From NCBI GenBank assembly GCA_965212055.1, contig OZ243041.1:832001-896000 (forward strand): a stretch of DNA of 64,000 nt, in the 5' to 3' direction. Numbering within the stretch: the stretch's first letter is position 1; the number at the start of each line of letters is the position of its first letter. A program made the translations under genes and the position numbers. Below, one piece after another: positions 45,111 through 55,205 of the stretch. The notes below the pieces were generated by a model. It saw only the letters and a list, made by a program, of their open reading frames with translations. It had not been told where the DNA came from and made no database searches. The DNA comes from Fidelibacterota bacterium (GTDB lineage: Bacteria > Fidelibacterota > Marinisomatia > Marinisomatales > Marinisomataceae).

Positions 45111-46175
45111 TTAATTTAAATAGTTATGACTATTTATAACCATATTCATTAAAGATAATTTTGGTGAAGTATTTGACGCAATATTACCTAAAAAATATTC
45201 TATCTCTTTTGCAAGCATTATTAAATCACAATTATTATGATTATTCATAAAATCCTTACTAGCATTAGAAAAATCATCCCATTCAAATTTTGGTTCAATA
45301 GATTTTTTAATATGATCTGTATGTTCAAGCCATTTTTTAATTAAATGAAAGTTAAAGTAAAGTTTTTGTCGATTTGTATTGAAATTCAGTAACATTTCTT
45401 CACAAAATATTATAACAGCTTCTGAATTGTTGTATTCAATACATTTAATATACTTCTCAATCATATCTATAACGGAATCCCTTGAGTAATTATTAAAAAT
45501 ATCAATGAGACTTAAATCATTATCAGATAAAAATGATAATATTTCAAATTCAAAATCACCTGTTCTTTTTAAATAGGGTTCTAGGTTTGTATTACTAATT
45601 TTTGGAACATTGATTGATTGACAACGAGATTGGATGGTCGAAGGTAAATTTTTAATAAAATCTGTTACCAATATAAAAGAAGTATTTTGAGGAGGTTCTT
45701 CTAATATCTTTAATAAAGCATTCGCTGATTCAGCTGAACCGTGTGACAAATAATGTGCATCAAAAATAATAATAACTTTTTTACCATCACTTTTAAAAAA
45801 AATATTTTGTTTTAAATTTTTTAAAACAACCAAAGGTATATTTTGACTATCAGACAATTTAATTTTCTTTAATGGAAATAATAATTTTTCTCTCCAATAA
45901 TGGTTCCATTCTTGATATTCTTTCTGATCAATTTTACTACTTTTAAAAAGATTGAGATAAAAATCACTATTGCCAGGAATAACTAAAAAAATATTTGGGT
46001 TATTAATAAACTCATCAGGATCAAAACCTGTAAGCAAGCTACAGAACTGTAAAGCAAGCGCCTCTTTTCCTGAACCTTTTGGACCATGTAAGAGATAAGC
46101 ATTACTTACTTTGTTACTTTTAACAATAGTTTGAATTTTATCAGAAATGATAGGTTGTAAATTATCTATATCCAT
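45111..46175 (-). CDS. holB: DNA polymerase III delta-prime subunit
   Basis: GPKGSGK, ANALLKILEEPP, TIQSRC; upstream of metG-tatD. Confidence 0.88.
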   Translation of the reverse strand: MDIDNLQPIISDKIQTIVKSNKVSNAYLLHGPKGSGKEALALQFCSLLTGFDPDEFINNPNIFLVIPGNSDFYLNLFKSSKIDQKEYQEWNHYWREKLLFPLKKIKLSDSQNIPLVVLKNLKQNIFFKSDGKKVIIIFDAHYLSHGSAESANALLKILEEPPQNTSFILVTDFIKNLPSTIQSRCQSINVPKISNTNLEPYLKRTGDFEFEILSFLSDNDLSLIDIFNNYSRDSVIDMIEKYIKCIEYNNSEAVIIFCEEMLLNFNTNRQKLYFNFHLIKKWLEHTDHIKKSIEPKFEWDDFSNASKDFMNNHNNCDLIMLAKEIEYFLGNIASNTSPKLSLMNMVINSHNYLN

Positions 46176-47343
46176 CTTTTAACCATTCTTTTGGATTTAA
46201 CGTTTGATTGTTCCCCCAAATTTCAAAATGAACAACTTGACTCTCCTTAGAAATAAATCCAATCCTTTGTCCTTCTTTAACTAACATATTTTTTGTAACT
46301 AATAAATTATCTAAATGAGTAAATACTGTAAAATATCCATCATTATGATCTACAATAACTGTTGTTCCATAACCTGAAATAAATGTAATGGTTGTAACAA
46401 GACCATCAAATACTGATCTAACAGATGCATTTGGGTTTGCTGCAATATCAACCCCCGGATTATGAAGAGTTGTATTTAATTTTGGATTCCATTGCGGTCC
46501 AAAACCTTTAACTATTTTACCATCAACAGGCCAAATTAATTTACCTTTAAATTCTTTAATATTTGATCTTATCTTTTTAAGCTGATTTAGCTGTTCTGTA
46601 TCATATTGTTTTTTCTGTTCTAAAATTGTTTTTCTAAGCTGTTCTAACGCATTGATTTTAGTGTTCTGTTTGGTAATTTCTTCTTGAATTGACTGTTTTT
46701 CTTTTTGCAATTCAACTAAAAGTTTTTCTTGATATTTTTTCTTTTTATCTAATGAATTCAGTTCATTTTCTTTTGATTTTTTATCACTATCAGCGTTATT
46801 TAATAATTGTTTTATTTCTATTTTCTTTTTTTCATTGTAAAACTGAGTTGTTTTGAGTTTACCTAACATTTCTTGATTGATATTTGATAAAATATTATAA
46901 TATTTAATACGATATACTGCTTGACTAAAACTATTAGCAGTGAATATAGAATTATTCATTTTAGTATCTTTTTTCTTATAAATATTGATTGATCTTTCTT
47001 TATAATTACCCTTAATAGTTAAAATTTCTTTATTATTTTTATCAACTGCAGTTTGAAGATTAGTCAATTGCAAATTATAAAGATTAAGTTTTTTATTGTA
47101 CGCAGTAATTAAGTTTTTTGAATCTTTTATGTTTCTTTTTGTAATTGATAATAATTGGCTTGTTGTTTTTTCTTGAGATGTTACCTTTTGGATTTCTTCA
47201 TTATTTTTTTTGATGGATGCCTGTAATAATTGAATTTGTTTTTCTGTATCTTCTATTTCTTCTTCAAAATTTCTTTCTTGTGCAAATAAGAATCCAATTG
47301 AAAAAAGGAAAAAAACTAATAGAATTAATTTGTGTTTATTCAT
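46162..47343 (-). CDS. envC: EnvC-like murein hydrolase activator (coiled coil plus M23 domain)
   Basis: Signal peptide, long coiled coil, KGKLIWPV, NPGVDI, HFEIW. Confidence 0.8.
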   Translation of the reverse strand: MNKHKLILLVFFLFSIGFLFAQERNFEEEIEDTEKQIQLLQASIKKNNEEIQKVTSQEKTTSQLLSITKRNIKDSKNLITAYNKKLNLYNLQLTNLQTAVDKNNKEILTIKGNYKERSINIYKKKDTKMNNSIFTANSFSQAVYRIKYYNILSNINQEMLGKLKTTQFYNEKKKIEIKQLLNNADSDKKSKENELNSLDKKKKYQEKLLVELQKEKQSIQEEITKQNTKINALEQLRKTILEQKKQYDTEQLNQLKKIRSNIKEFKGKLIWPVDGKIVKGFGPQWNPKLNTTLHNPGVDIAANPNASVRSVFDGLVTTITFISGYGTTVIVDHNDGYFTVFTHLDNLLVTKNMLVKEGQRIGFISKESQVVHFEIWGNNQTLNPKEWLKDGYR

Positions 47344-47373
47344 TTAAAGAAAATTAAAGCCTAAATTATAAAA

Positions 47374-47955
47374 ATGCTTAGAAACTTAATAACAATATTA
47401 CTAGTAAGTATTATCTATTCTCATTCAAAAGCATATGCACAAGATCAAGAAATCCTATTAATTGGAAACTGTGAAACAAGTTCAGCTGAAATTATGGTAG
47501 AGTATTTACAAAATAATACTCAAATCGATTTATCAGTAGAAACTAATATTGCAATCAATGAAAATAATATTGCATCCTACCCTATCATCTTTATTTGTAA
47601 TAACCAATATTTACAGTTGAGCAATCAACAAATCGATATTATGAAACAACATTTACAAAGAGGTGGGTTTCTCATTATTGACAATATTACTTCTGATTAT
47701 ACTTATTCACTTTTTCTTAGAAAATTATTACCTGGATTTGAAACAAATAATATTCAACCAGATTTGGTTTTTAACAATTTAGTTTTTGATTTAATATTTG
47801 ACGAATCACCCTTTATTTCTGAAAGTATTATTATAAATGATAAAATTGTTTTACTTGGGATAAAAAAATTTAGTCTTTTCAATGCATGGCTAGAAAAAGA
47901 TGAGAAATTTTTACAGTTAGGTACTAATATTATTTTTTATTATTTAACTAGATAA
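47374..47955 (+). CDS. DUF4159-like exported protein
   Basis: Signal peptide, YPIIF, L.RGGFLIIDN, LGTNIIFY pattern. Confidence 0.6.
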   Translation: MLRNLITILLVSIIYSHSKAYAQDQEILLIGNCETSSAEIMVEYLQNNTQIDLSVETNIAINENNIASYPIIFICNNQYLQLSNQQIDIMKQHLQRGGFLIIDNITSDYTYSLFLRKLLPGFETNNIQPDLVFNNLVFDLIFDESPFISESIIINDKIVLLGIKKFSLFNAWLEKDEKFLQLGTNIIFYYLTR

Positions 47956-48378
47956 TTATATTTTTTCTTTCTCAGCTAAATATATTCTTTGTCTTAATTC
48001 GCTTGTAGAAAATCCATGATCTCTTGAGTTAAAAATACACTTAATAGGCAAATCGTGTCCTGTAAATTCTGTTCCTTCATGATCTGCACCAAGAATTCTC
48101 ACATCTGGCTTTATTTCTTTTAATAAATCTACTAGATCACTTTCTCTATCATATAATCTTATTTCATCAACATATCTTAAAGATTCTACAATACCAGCTC
48201 TCTCTTCATGGGATTGAATTGGTCTGTTTTTTTCAGAACGATCAAGAGATGGATCAGATTGAACTCCAACAATAAGATAATCACAGTAGTCTTTACATTC
48301 TTTAAACATCAAAACATGTCCATAATGGCATAGATCAAATGATCCAAAAGTAATACCCACAATTTTATTGTTCTTCAT
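47956..48378 (-). CDS. TagD-like cytidylyltransferase
   Basis: GITFGSFDLCHYGH, RDHGFSTSELR; start at MKNNK. Confidence 0.88.
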   Translation of the reverse strand: MKNNKIVGITFGSFDLCHYGHVLMFKECKDYCDYLIVGVQSDPSLDRSEKNRPIQSHEERAGIVESLRYVDEIRLYDRESDLVDLLKEIKPDVRILGADHEGTEFTGHDLPIKCIFNSRDHGFSTSELRQRIYLAEKEKI

Positions 48379-49147
48379 CTTTAACTTTTTCCCAATAACT
48401 ATCCAACTCTGATAGGGATAATTTATCAATTTCTTTTTTATCTTTTGTTATGAATTTTTCCATTGTTGTAAATCGTTTATAAAATTTTTTATTTGCCTTT
48501 TGCATCGCAACCTCCGCTGATACATTAAGAAATCTAGATAAATTCACAACTCCAATTAAAATATCGCCAAGTTCTTCTTCAATATTTTTTTGGTTATTGT
48601 CTTTTATCCCTAATTTTAATTCTTCTAGTTCTTCATAAATTTTATTAATTACATCTTGATAATTTTCCCATTCAAAACCAACAGAAGCTGCTTTATCTTG
48701 TAATCGTTCAGAGGACATTAGGGATGGCACGCTTTTAGGAATTCCATCAAGAATTGAATCTCTATTTTTTTCATTTTTTTTATTTAATTCCCAATTTCTT
48801 TTAATAGACTCAACATCTTTGCTGAGTAAATTTTTATCAAAAACATGTGGATGACGTTGTATTAATTTTTTATTGATTGAAACAATAACATCATTCATAG
48901 AAAATTCATCTTTTTCTTCCGCTAGCACTGCTTGAAACACAACATGAAGTAATAAATCGCCAAGTTCTTCTTTTAAATGTGATGAACTATTATCCATAAT
49001 TGATTCAGCTACTTCGTATGCTTCTTCTAGAAGATATGGAATTAACGTTTCAGAGGTTTGTTGTTTATCCCATTCACAACCATTGGGAGATCGTAATTTT
49101 TTTACAATGGTGACTAATTCACCTAATTTTTTATTGATTTTGTTCAT
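48365..49147 (-). CDS. mazG: Nucleoside triphosphate pyrophosphohydrolase MazG
   Basis: GCEWD..QT, EEAYE, EELGDLL, RHPHVF, second EELGD domain. Confidence 0.96.
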   Translation of the reverse strand: MNKINKKLGELVTIVKKLRSPNGCEWDKQQTSETLIPYLLEEAYEVAESIMDNSSSHLKEELGDLLLHVVFQAVLAEEKDEFSMNDVIVSINKKLIQRHPHVFDKNLLSKDVESIKRNWELNKKNEKNRDSILDGIPKSVPSLMSSERLQDKAASVGFEWENYQDVINKIYEELEELKLGIKDNNQKNIEEELGDILIGVVNLSRFLNVSAEVAMQKANKKFYKRFTTMEKFITKDKKEIDKLSLSELDSYWEKVKDEEQ

Positions 49148-49575
49148 AATACATTAATATTAGCAAACTCAGAAACAAGTTCTTCTTGTTTTTGAAACAT
49201 TATTTTCTTTGATTTTTTATCACGATCATTATAACCAAATAAATGTAGTAAGGCATGTATAATTAATCTGATTATTTCGTTATTTAGTGTAACATTGTTC
49301 TTTTTACTGTTCTCTTTTGCTCGATCAACACTAATATATATTTCTGCTTCTAATTTTGTATCGTTCTTAAAAGGAAATGCTAAAACATCTGTTAAAACAT
49401 CTTCATTAAAATATTTTATTTTTAATTTGTTCAATTGTGTGTCATCACAAAATATAAATGTGAGGGTTACATGTTCATAATTTTGAGTAGTTAAAATTTC
49501 TGAACATAAATGTTCAATAGATTTTGATTGATATGAAAAATCTTTCTGTAGATTATTAATCTTAAGATTTATCAT
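49144..49575 (-). CDS. ybeY: rRNA maturation factor YbeY
   Basis: TDVLAF, EIYIS.D, HALLHLFGYND. Confidence 0.92.
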   Translation of the reverse strand: MINLKINNLQKDFSYQSKSIEHLCSEILTTQNYEHVTLTFIFCDDTQLNKLKIKYFNEDVLTDVLAFPFKNDTKLEAEIYISVDRAKENSKKNNVTLNNEIIRLIIHALLHLFGYNDRDKKSKKIMFQKQEELVSEFANINVL

Positions 49576-51865
49576 CTTCTTTTTTAGAAGGATACTCTGG
49601 TCTGGAATGATATAATCCTGACAACACAGGTATTAAACCATGTTTTCCATCAATAGTCCCTTTAATCTTGCTTAAATCATCTAATGTTAATGGACAATTA
49701 TCTAATTGACCATCCTGTAATAAGTTTTTAATGGATTGATCAATCATTGCATCAAATTTTTCAACCGTTGGATTGGTAATTGAATTTGCTTGTGCCTCGA
49801 TTGCTTCAGCAATCATTACAATAGCTGTTTCTTTTGTGGTAGGTTTCGGACCAGAATATCTAAATCTACCTTCATCCACATCATTATGATCCGAAGCTTG
49901 GTTTAATGCTTTTTGATAAAAATATTCTATTCGTTTTGTACCATGATGTGTTGCAATAAAATCTTTGACAATTGATGGCAATCCATACTCATCTGCAAGA
50001 AGCAAACCATCGCTAACATGCTGTTTGAGTATTTTTGCACTCATATTAGGAGTAATAGAATCATGCTTGTTCTCTCCTTGCTGATTTTCAGCATAATATT
50101 CTGGTTTCTTTAGTTTACCAATATCATGATAATATGCTCCTACGCGACATAATAAAGATCGAGCTCCCACTGCATTAGCAGACGACTCAGATAGTGTACC
50201 AACCTTGATACTATGTGTATGTGTTCCGGGTGCTTCCTCAATCAATTTCTTTTGTAATGGCTGATCATAATCAAGCAACTCAATTAAACTGTAATCGGTT
50301 GTAATCCCAAAAGCGGATTCAAATAAAGGTACAAGACCAAAAGATAAAATTGGAGAAAGAAAACTGGTTAATGCAAAAAATCCAATTTCAGAATAATTGT
50401 AATCAAGAAAATCAATTCCTTTAAATAACATCACAGAGAAAAATACAAATAAGGTAGAAAATACTAATAAAAACATGGTGGTAATAATTTGTCGACGTTT
50501 TCTTAGTCTTCTTACACTATAGATAGATATAAAAACAATAAAAAATTGCATTATAGTAAAATCAAGATTATTCCCAATTAACAGAGAAACTAATAAAATT
50601 AAAATGATGGAAACTAACATTGAAACTGATGCATCTAGCAGTACCGTGAGAAGCATTGATGCAATAACAATTGGTATAAAATAGACACTGGCTTGATAAT
50701 TCATTACTGCCCAACCAGTTAACATAATTGCATACATTATAATACTGATTAGAAATAACATTTTATGGTCTTTGAAATAGGATCTACGATAGATATATAG
50801 AAAAGAAAAAAGTAAGAATAATAGTATCGATACAACAAAATATGCTCCTAGATATTCTCTTAATTTATCGGTTGCTTTTTCATATCCTAATCGGCGACTA
50901 TACTCAAATTGCAAAGATTTTAATTTCAAAAGAACTGAATCTGTAATACGATTATTAGCATCAACAATTAATTCATTTGCAAGTACCGTACCTTGGAATC
51001 GAGATACTCGATCTAATTGATCTTTTTGATTTTTTTCAGTTAATTCTTTATCAAAGATAATATTGGGTTTTATAAATTCGTTAATTAATTCATATCCAAG
51101 CAATGATTCGATACTGGTTTCATCTTGATAAATTGCATTAATTTCTTCTTTATTTTTTTTCCAAGCTATTTCAATATCATTATAATTTTTTACTGGACCT
51201 ATTACCAGTTCTCCTCCGTGAATAATACTAATTTCATCACTGATAATATTAGATAAAGGTTCATCGAGTAACCCTTCAGCCCAACGATTTAAACAAATTT
51301 GTTTTATATTAGTCTTAAAAGAATCAAGATTGGTTGGCTCATCAATCAAATCCTCAGAGATACCTAATAATTGATTCCATTGCTGTTGATCAACTTGATA
51401 TGAATAACGGCCTAAAAATTCATTATATAAAGCAGAATAGGTAGTACTATCTGCAATAAAATTATTTTGAAATGTTTCAAATTCGGGTTCATAACGATAT
51501 TTATATAAAGAATCTTGAGAAATAATATACTGGGAATACGAAGTTCGAACATCATTTAAATAAATAAAAAATGTATCAAGTGTTACTAGTTGTTTATCGA
51601 CGGTTTCCTTATCTCTTTTAAAACTATATGACACTGATTTTTTTGCTTCTTCTAAATCATTATTTAGTTTTTGTTCTGTCTTTAAAATTCCAAAGTCAAA
51701 CGGAGCAATAATAGGTTCACGAGCAATATCATCTAACTGATAAGAATATCTAATGGAAAATCCTGTTGGAAATATTATAGAAATCAATATTGACAGAACA
51801 AAAAACATCAAAATTGGAAATTGATTTTCTTGAAAGAATTTTTTTAATTGATCAAATTGTGTCAT
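49562..51865 (-). CDS. 7TM-HD phosphohydrolase (PgpH-like)
   Basis: Extracytoplasmic domain, TM bundle, APGT..HS, YYHDIGK, HHGT, Y.GPKP; upstream of ybeY. Confidence 0.9.
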   Translation of the reverse strand: MTQFDQLKKFFQENQFPILMFFVLSILISIIFPTGFSIRYSYQLDDIAREPIIAPFDFGILKTEQKLNNDLEEAKKSVSYSFKRDKETVDKQLVTLDTFFIYLNDVRTSYSQYIISQDSLYKYRYEPEFETFQNNFIADSTTYSALYNEFLGRYSYQVDQQQWNQLLGISEDLIDEPTNLDSFKTNIKQICLNRWAEGLLDEPLSNIISDEISIIHGGELVIGPVKNYNDIEIAWKKNKEEINAIYQDETSIESLLGYELINEFIKPNIIFDKELTEKNQKDQLDRVSRFQGTVLANELIVDANNRITDSVLLKLKSLQFEYSRRLGYEKATDKLREYLGAYFVVSILLFLLFSFLYIYRRSYFKDHKMLFLISIIMYAIMLTGWAVMNYQASVYFIPIVIASMLLTVLLDASVSMLVSIILILLVSLLIGNNLDFTIMQFFIVFISIYSVRRLRKRRQIITTMFLLVFSTLFVFFSVMLFKGIDFLDYNYSEIGFFALTSFLSPILSFGLVPLFESAFGITTDYSLIELLDYDQPLQKKLIEEAPGTHTHSIKVGTLSESSANAVGARSLLCRVGAYYHDIGKLKKPEYYAENQQGENKHDSITPNMSAKILKQHVSDGLLLADEYGLPSIVKDFIATHHGTKRIEYFYQKALNQASDHNDVDEGRFRYSGPKPTTKETAIVMIAEAIEAQANSITNPTVEKFDAMIDQSIKNLLQDGQLDNCPLTLDDLSKIKGTIDGKHGLIPVLSGLYHSRPEYPSKKEDDKS

Positions 51866-51869
51866 GTAA

Positions 51870-52868
51870 TTACCAACGAATTGCAGCTGATGCCCATGTA
51901 TAGCCAGCGCCAAATGCAGTTAAAATAATAATATCCCCTTTGGTAAATTTCCCTTCCTCCAATGCTTCACACATTGCTATTGGGATAGTAGCTGCGGTCG
52001 TATTGCCATATTTGTGAATATTAACATACATCTTATCCATAGAGATACCCATACGTTTTGCAGATGTTTGTAAGATACGATAGTTTGCTTGGTGTGCAAT
52101 TACTAACTTGACATCCTCTAAAGATAAATTATTATGGTCTAGGGCACAATCAATTGCTTCTGGCATGCGTACTACAGCATTTTTAAATACTTCTCTTCCA
52201 TTCTGAACAGGAAGATGATGTCCTTGTGCTATGACTTCTGCATCAATACGATTTGGATAAAATATAGAGCCTGGCGCCTTTGCATGTAACATCTCTACTC
52301 CTTGACCATTTGCATAAGTATGTGTAGATAAAATACAACTTTCATCATCTGTGGGTTGCAAGACAGCTGCACCTGCACCATCACCAAATAAAACCCCAGT
52401 AGCTCTCCCTGCGGGAGTCTTATCAAGCAGACATGACATAACATCAGATCCAACTAATAGAATATTTTTATATTTTCCAGTTTGGATAAATTGATTACCA
52501 ATTTCTAATAGATATACAAACGCAGAACATGCTGCACTAATATCAAAAGCACTAATATTGGTTGTAATACCTAGTTTTTGTTGAATAATTGGTGCCATGC
52601 CTGGGAAATTATAATCAGAACTTACTGTACCGACAATAATAGCATCCAAATCATCTGGGGTTATTCCTGCATTTTTGATTGCTTTTTGACACGCTGGGAG
52701 TGCCATATCAGAATTAGGCATTCCTTCTTCAACCCATCGTCTTTCTTTAATACCGCTTCTAGCTTGAATCCACTCATCAGTAGTATCCATCATGTCTTCA
52801 AGATCATGATTTGTCACTACCCTATCTGGAACATTATATGCTATTCCTGCTATTTTTGCTTTATTCAT
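51870..52868 (-). CDS. fabH: 3-oxoacyl-ACP synthase III
   Basis: DTTDEWI..RSGI, AACS, FGDGAGA, HQAN, YGNT, FGAG.TW. Confidence 0.96.
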   Translation of the reverse strand: MNKAKIAGIAYNVPDRVVTNHDLEDMMDTTDEWIQARSGIKERRWVEEGMPNSDMALPACQKAIKNAGITPDDLDAIIVGTVSSDYNFPGMAPIIQQKLGITTNISAFDISAACSAFVYLLEIGNQFIQTGKYKNILLVGSDVMSCLLDKTPAGRATGVLFGDGAGAAVLQPTDDESCILSTHTYANGQGVEMLHAKAPGSIFYPNRIDAEVIAQGHHLPVQNGREVFKNAVVRMPEAIDCALDHNNLSLEDVKLVIAHQANYRILQTSAKRMGISMDKMYVNIHKYGNTTAATIPIAMCEALEEGKFTKGDIIILTAFGAGYTWASAAIRW

Positions 52869-52884
52869 ATATAATAATACTTGT

Positions 52885-53224
52885 GAGCTGATCTATAAGC
52901 CGGGTTTTGTACATCGTGATGATGCGATGATTATTCCTCTCGATCCTATATTGCTATAGGACTCTAGCAATCTACCCGTTCTTCAAATGATGCGAGTCAC
53001 ATCTCAGAACTACTTGATCTTGCACCTAGTGGGGTTTACAAGCTAACAATGTTACCATTGTTACTGGGGGTCTCTTACACCTCCGTTTCACCCTTACCAA
53101 AATGGCGGTCTATTCTCTGCTGCACTCTCCATATCCTCACGGATCCCACCTGTTAGGTGGCACTATACTCTTTGGTGCCCGGACTTTCCTCTCAAATAAC
53201 TTTGAGCAATCACCCAATCAGCTC
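52885..53224 (-). ncRNA. rnpB: RNase P RNA, type A, about 340 nt
   Basis: Reverse complement contains GAGGAAAGTCCGGGC and ACAAAACCCGGCTTAT; terminal P1 helix GAGCTGAT/ATCAGCTC. Confidence 0.96.
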
Positions 53225-53269
53225 ATTTTGTGATAATAAGAGATACAACACTAATTAAAAAGCAAAAAA

Positions 53270-53983
53270 TTAATTTTCAGATTCAGACTTATAAAGGAAA
53301 CGCCCACAATTACTACAAAAAACCACCTGTTTTGCTAATGCTTCATTGACAAGTTGTGCGGGAACAAATGCGCCACACGCTTCACAATTATTATCAAGCA
53401 CTGCAGAAAGTGCGATTCCATTTTTTGCCTCATAAATAGTGTCATATTGAGATAATACATTCGAATCAATTCCTTTAACAATATTGGCACGTTCTATATC
53501 TAATGCATTCTTTTCTTCTGACACTTCTGCTAGCTTTGCCTCTAATGCTTTCTTCTTGGTATTTAAATCTTCAATCAATGTATCTAGATTAGTTTTATCT
53601 TCTTCGATTTCTTTAGATAATGTATCTTTGGTTTCCATTAATGTAAGAAGTTCAGTTTCTTTCTCACTAACAAGATTTTTTTCATAATCAATGGAATCCA
53701 TCATGGCATCATATTCTTTATTCGTACTAATAGAACCATCGGTAAGTCTATCTTTTAGTGTATTGACTTTTTCTTGAGCAGTAGCAATGAAAGTTTCTGA
53801 AGTTTGCATATCCACGATAGTTGTTTTGAGTGAATTTTCTTTTTCTAAGAGGGAATTTTTAAGAGCCTCTTGTTGTTGAGTTAACTCTTCGACTTGTGTT
53901 GGAAGACCCCCTAGTAGTTTGTTGATTTCAAATAATTTACTGTCAATATCATGCAATAAGATTATTTGATCAACAATAGACAT
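53270..53983 (-). CDS. Coiled-coil C4 zinc-ribbon protein (DUF164/CT398-like)
   Basis: NKEYDA, long coiled coil, CEAC..CSNCGR. Confidence 0.88.
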   Translation of the reverse strand: MSIVDQIILLHDIDSKLFEINKLLGGLPTQVEELTQQQEALKNSLLEKENSLKTTIVDMQTSETFIATAQEKVNTLKDRLTDGSISTNKEYDAMMDSIDYEKNLVSEKETELLTLMETKDTLSKEIEEDKTNLDTLIEDLNTKKKALEAKLAEVSEEKNALDIERANIVKGIDSNVLSQYDTIYEAKNGIALSAVLDNNCEACGAFVPAQLVNEALAKQVVFCSNCGRFLYKSESEN

Positions 53984-54089
53984 TTATGTCCTAAGAAGCG
54001 GGTGGTAATTTCCAATCATATGCGAAAAGAATATATTTCAATTCAATATTAAAAAAAACTGTTTTATTTTGGATGAAACTTTTAAATAA

Positions 54090-55205
54090 ATGAAAAATTA
54101 TACATTTACTTCAGAATCGGTAACGGAAGGTCATCCTGATAAGGTAGCTGACTTGATATCTGATGCCATTGCAGATTATATTATTGATCACAATCAATCG
54201 CATAGAGCTGCTATTGAAACATTGGTAACAACCAATATGGTTATGGTTGCAGGTGAATATAAAAGTAGTCAAAACATAGATGATCAAGTAGTAGAAGATA
54301 TCGTGAGAAATACTGTCCGTGAAATTGGATATGATCAAGAAGGATTTCATTGGAAAAAGTTGACATTGCATAGCAATTTACGTGAACAAAGTGCTGACAT
54401 TGCATTAGGAACTGATAACTTTGGTGCAGGAGATCAAGGAATGATGTTTGGATATGCATGCAATGAAACCGATAGCTTGATGCCTAGCCCAATTGATTAT
54501 AGTCACAGAATTACAAAAGCACTAGCAGATGCAAGACACAATGGAATATCTTGGTTGGGACCAGACGGTAAAAGTCAAATTACATTTTTATATTCTGATA
54601 TCAATACCCCAGTTGGTATTTCTAATATTGTCTGTAGTACCCAACATGACCCATCACTTACAACAGAAGAGGTTGAAACAGGTGTAAGAGAGATTATCAA
54701 TCCAATTGTCTCTGATTATGTTGATGATGATACAACATTCTTCATTAATCCAACAGGCCAATTTGTGATTGGGGGACCAGATGGCGATACTGGTCTTACG
54801 GGAAGAAAAATTATTGTCGACACGTATGGAGGCTATGCACCACATGGTGGTGGTGCATTTAGTGGAAAAGATTGTGTGAAAGTTGATAGAAGTGGTGCAT
54901 ATATAGCTCGATATCTTGCCAAAAATATTGTTGCAAGTGGTATGGCAAATAATGCTACGATACAATTAAGCTATGCAATTGGGATTAAACAACCAACTTC
55001 GCTTTATGTATACGCTGATGGACAAGTAAGAGTTAATTTGGCAGATTGGTTTAAAAATAATATTGATTTAACTCCATTAGGTATTATCAATAAATTTGAT
55101 TTGTTTAATATCAAATTAACTGATACAACAAATTATGGACATTTTGGAAAAGATAATCTTCCTTGGGAAAAAACAGATTTAACCGATGAACTAAAAACTT
55201 TATGA
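54090..55205 (+). CDS. metK: S-adenosylmethionine synthetase
   Basis: [41 protein letters not shown]. Confidence 0.98.
   Translation: MKNYTFTSESVTEGHPDKVADLISDAIADYIIDHNQSHRAAIETLVTTNMVMVAGEYKSSQNIDDQVVEDIVRNTVREIGYDQEGFHWKKLTLHSNLREQSADIALGTDNFGAGDQGMMFGYACNETDSLMPSPIDYSHRITKALADARHNGISWLGPDGKSQITFLYSDINTPVGISNIVCSTQHDPSLTTEEVETGVREIINPIVSDYVDDDTTFFINPTGQFVIGGPDGDTGLTGRKIIVDTYGGYAPHGGGAFSGKDCVKVDRSGAYIARYLAKNIVASGMANNATIQLSYAIGIKQPTSLYVYADGQVRVNLADWFKNNIDLTPLGIINKFDLFNIKLTDTTNYGHFGKDNLPWEKTDLTDELKTL

Noticed and set aside
48365..49147. MazG as an anti-phage or toxin-antitoxin component
   Set aside because: Standard two-domain housekeeping MazG with no toxin or defence neighbours
49144..49575. 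YbeY third metal-binding His replaced by Asp
   Set aside because: As I recall this variant is usual in FCB-group YbeY, and Asp can still bind metal
53984..54089. SAM riboswitch upstream of metK
   Set aside because: The short AT-rich divergent spacer shows no SAM-I, SAM-II or SAM-V features I could recognise; a covariance-model search would be needed to exclude it fully
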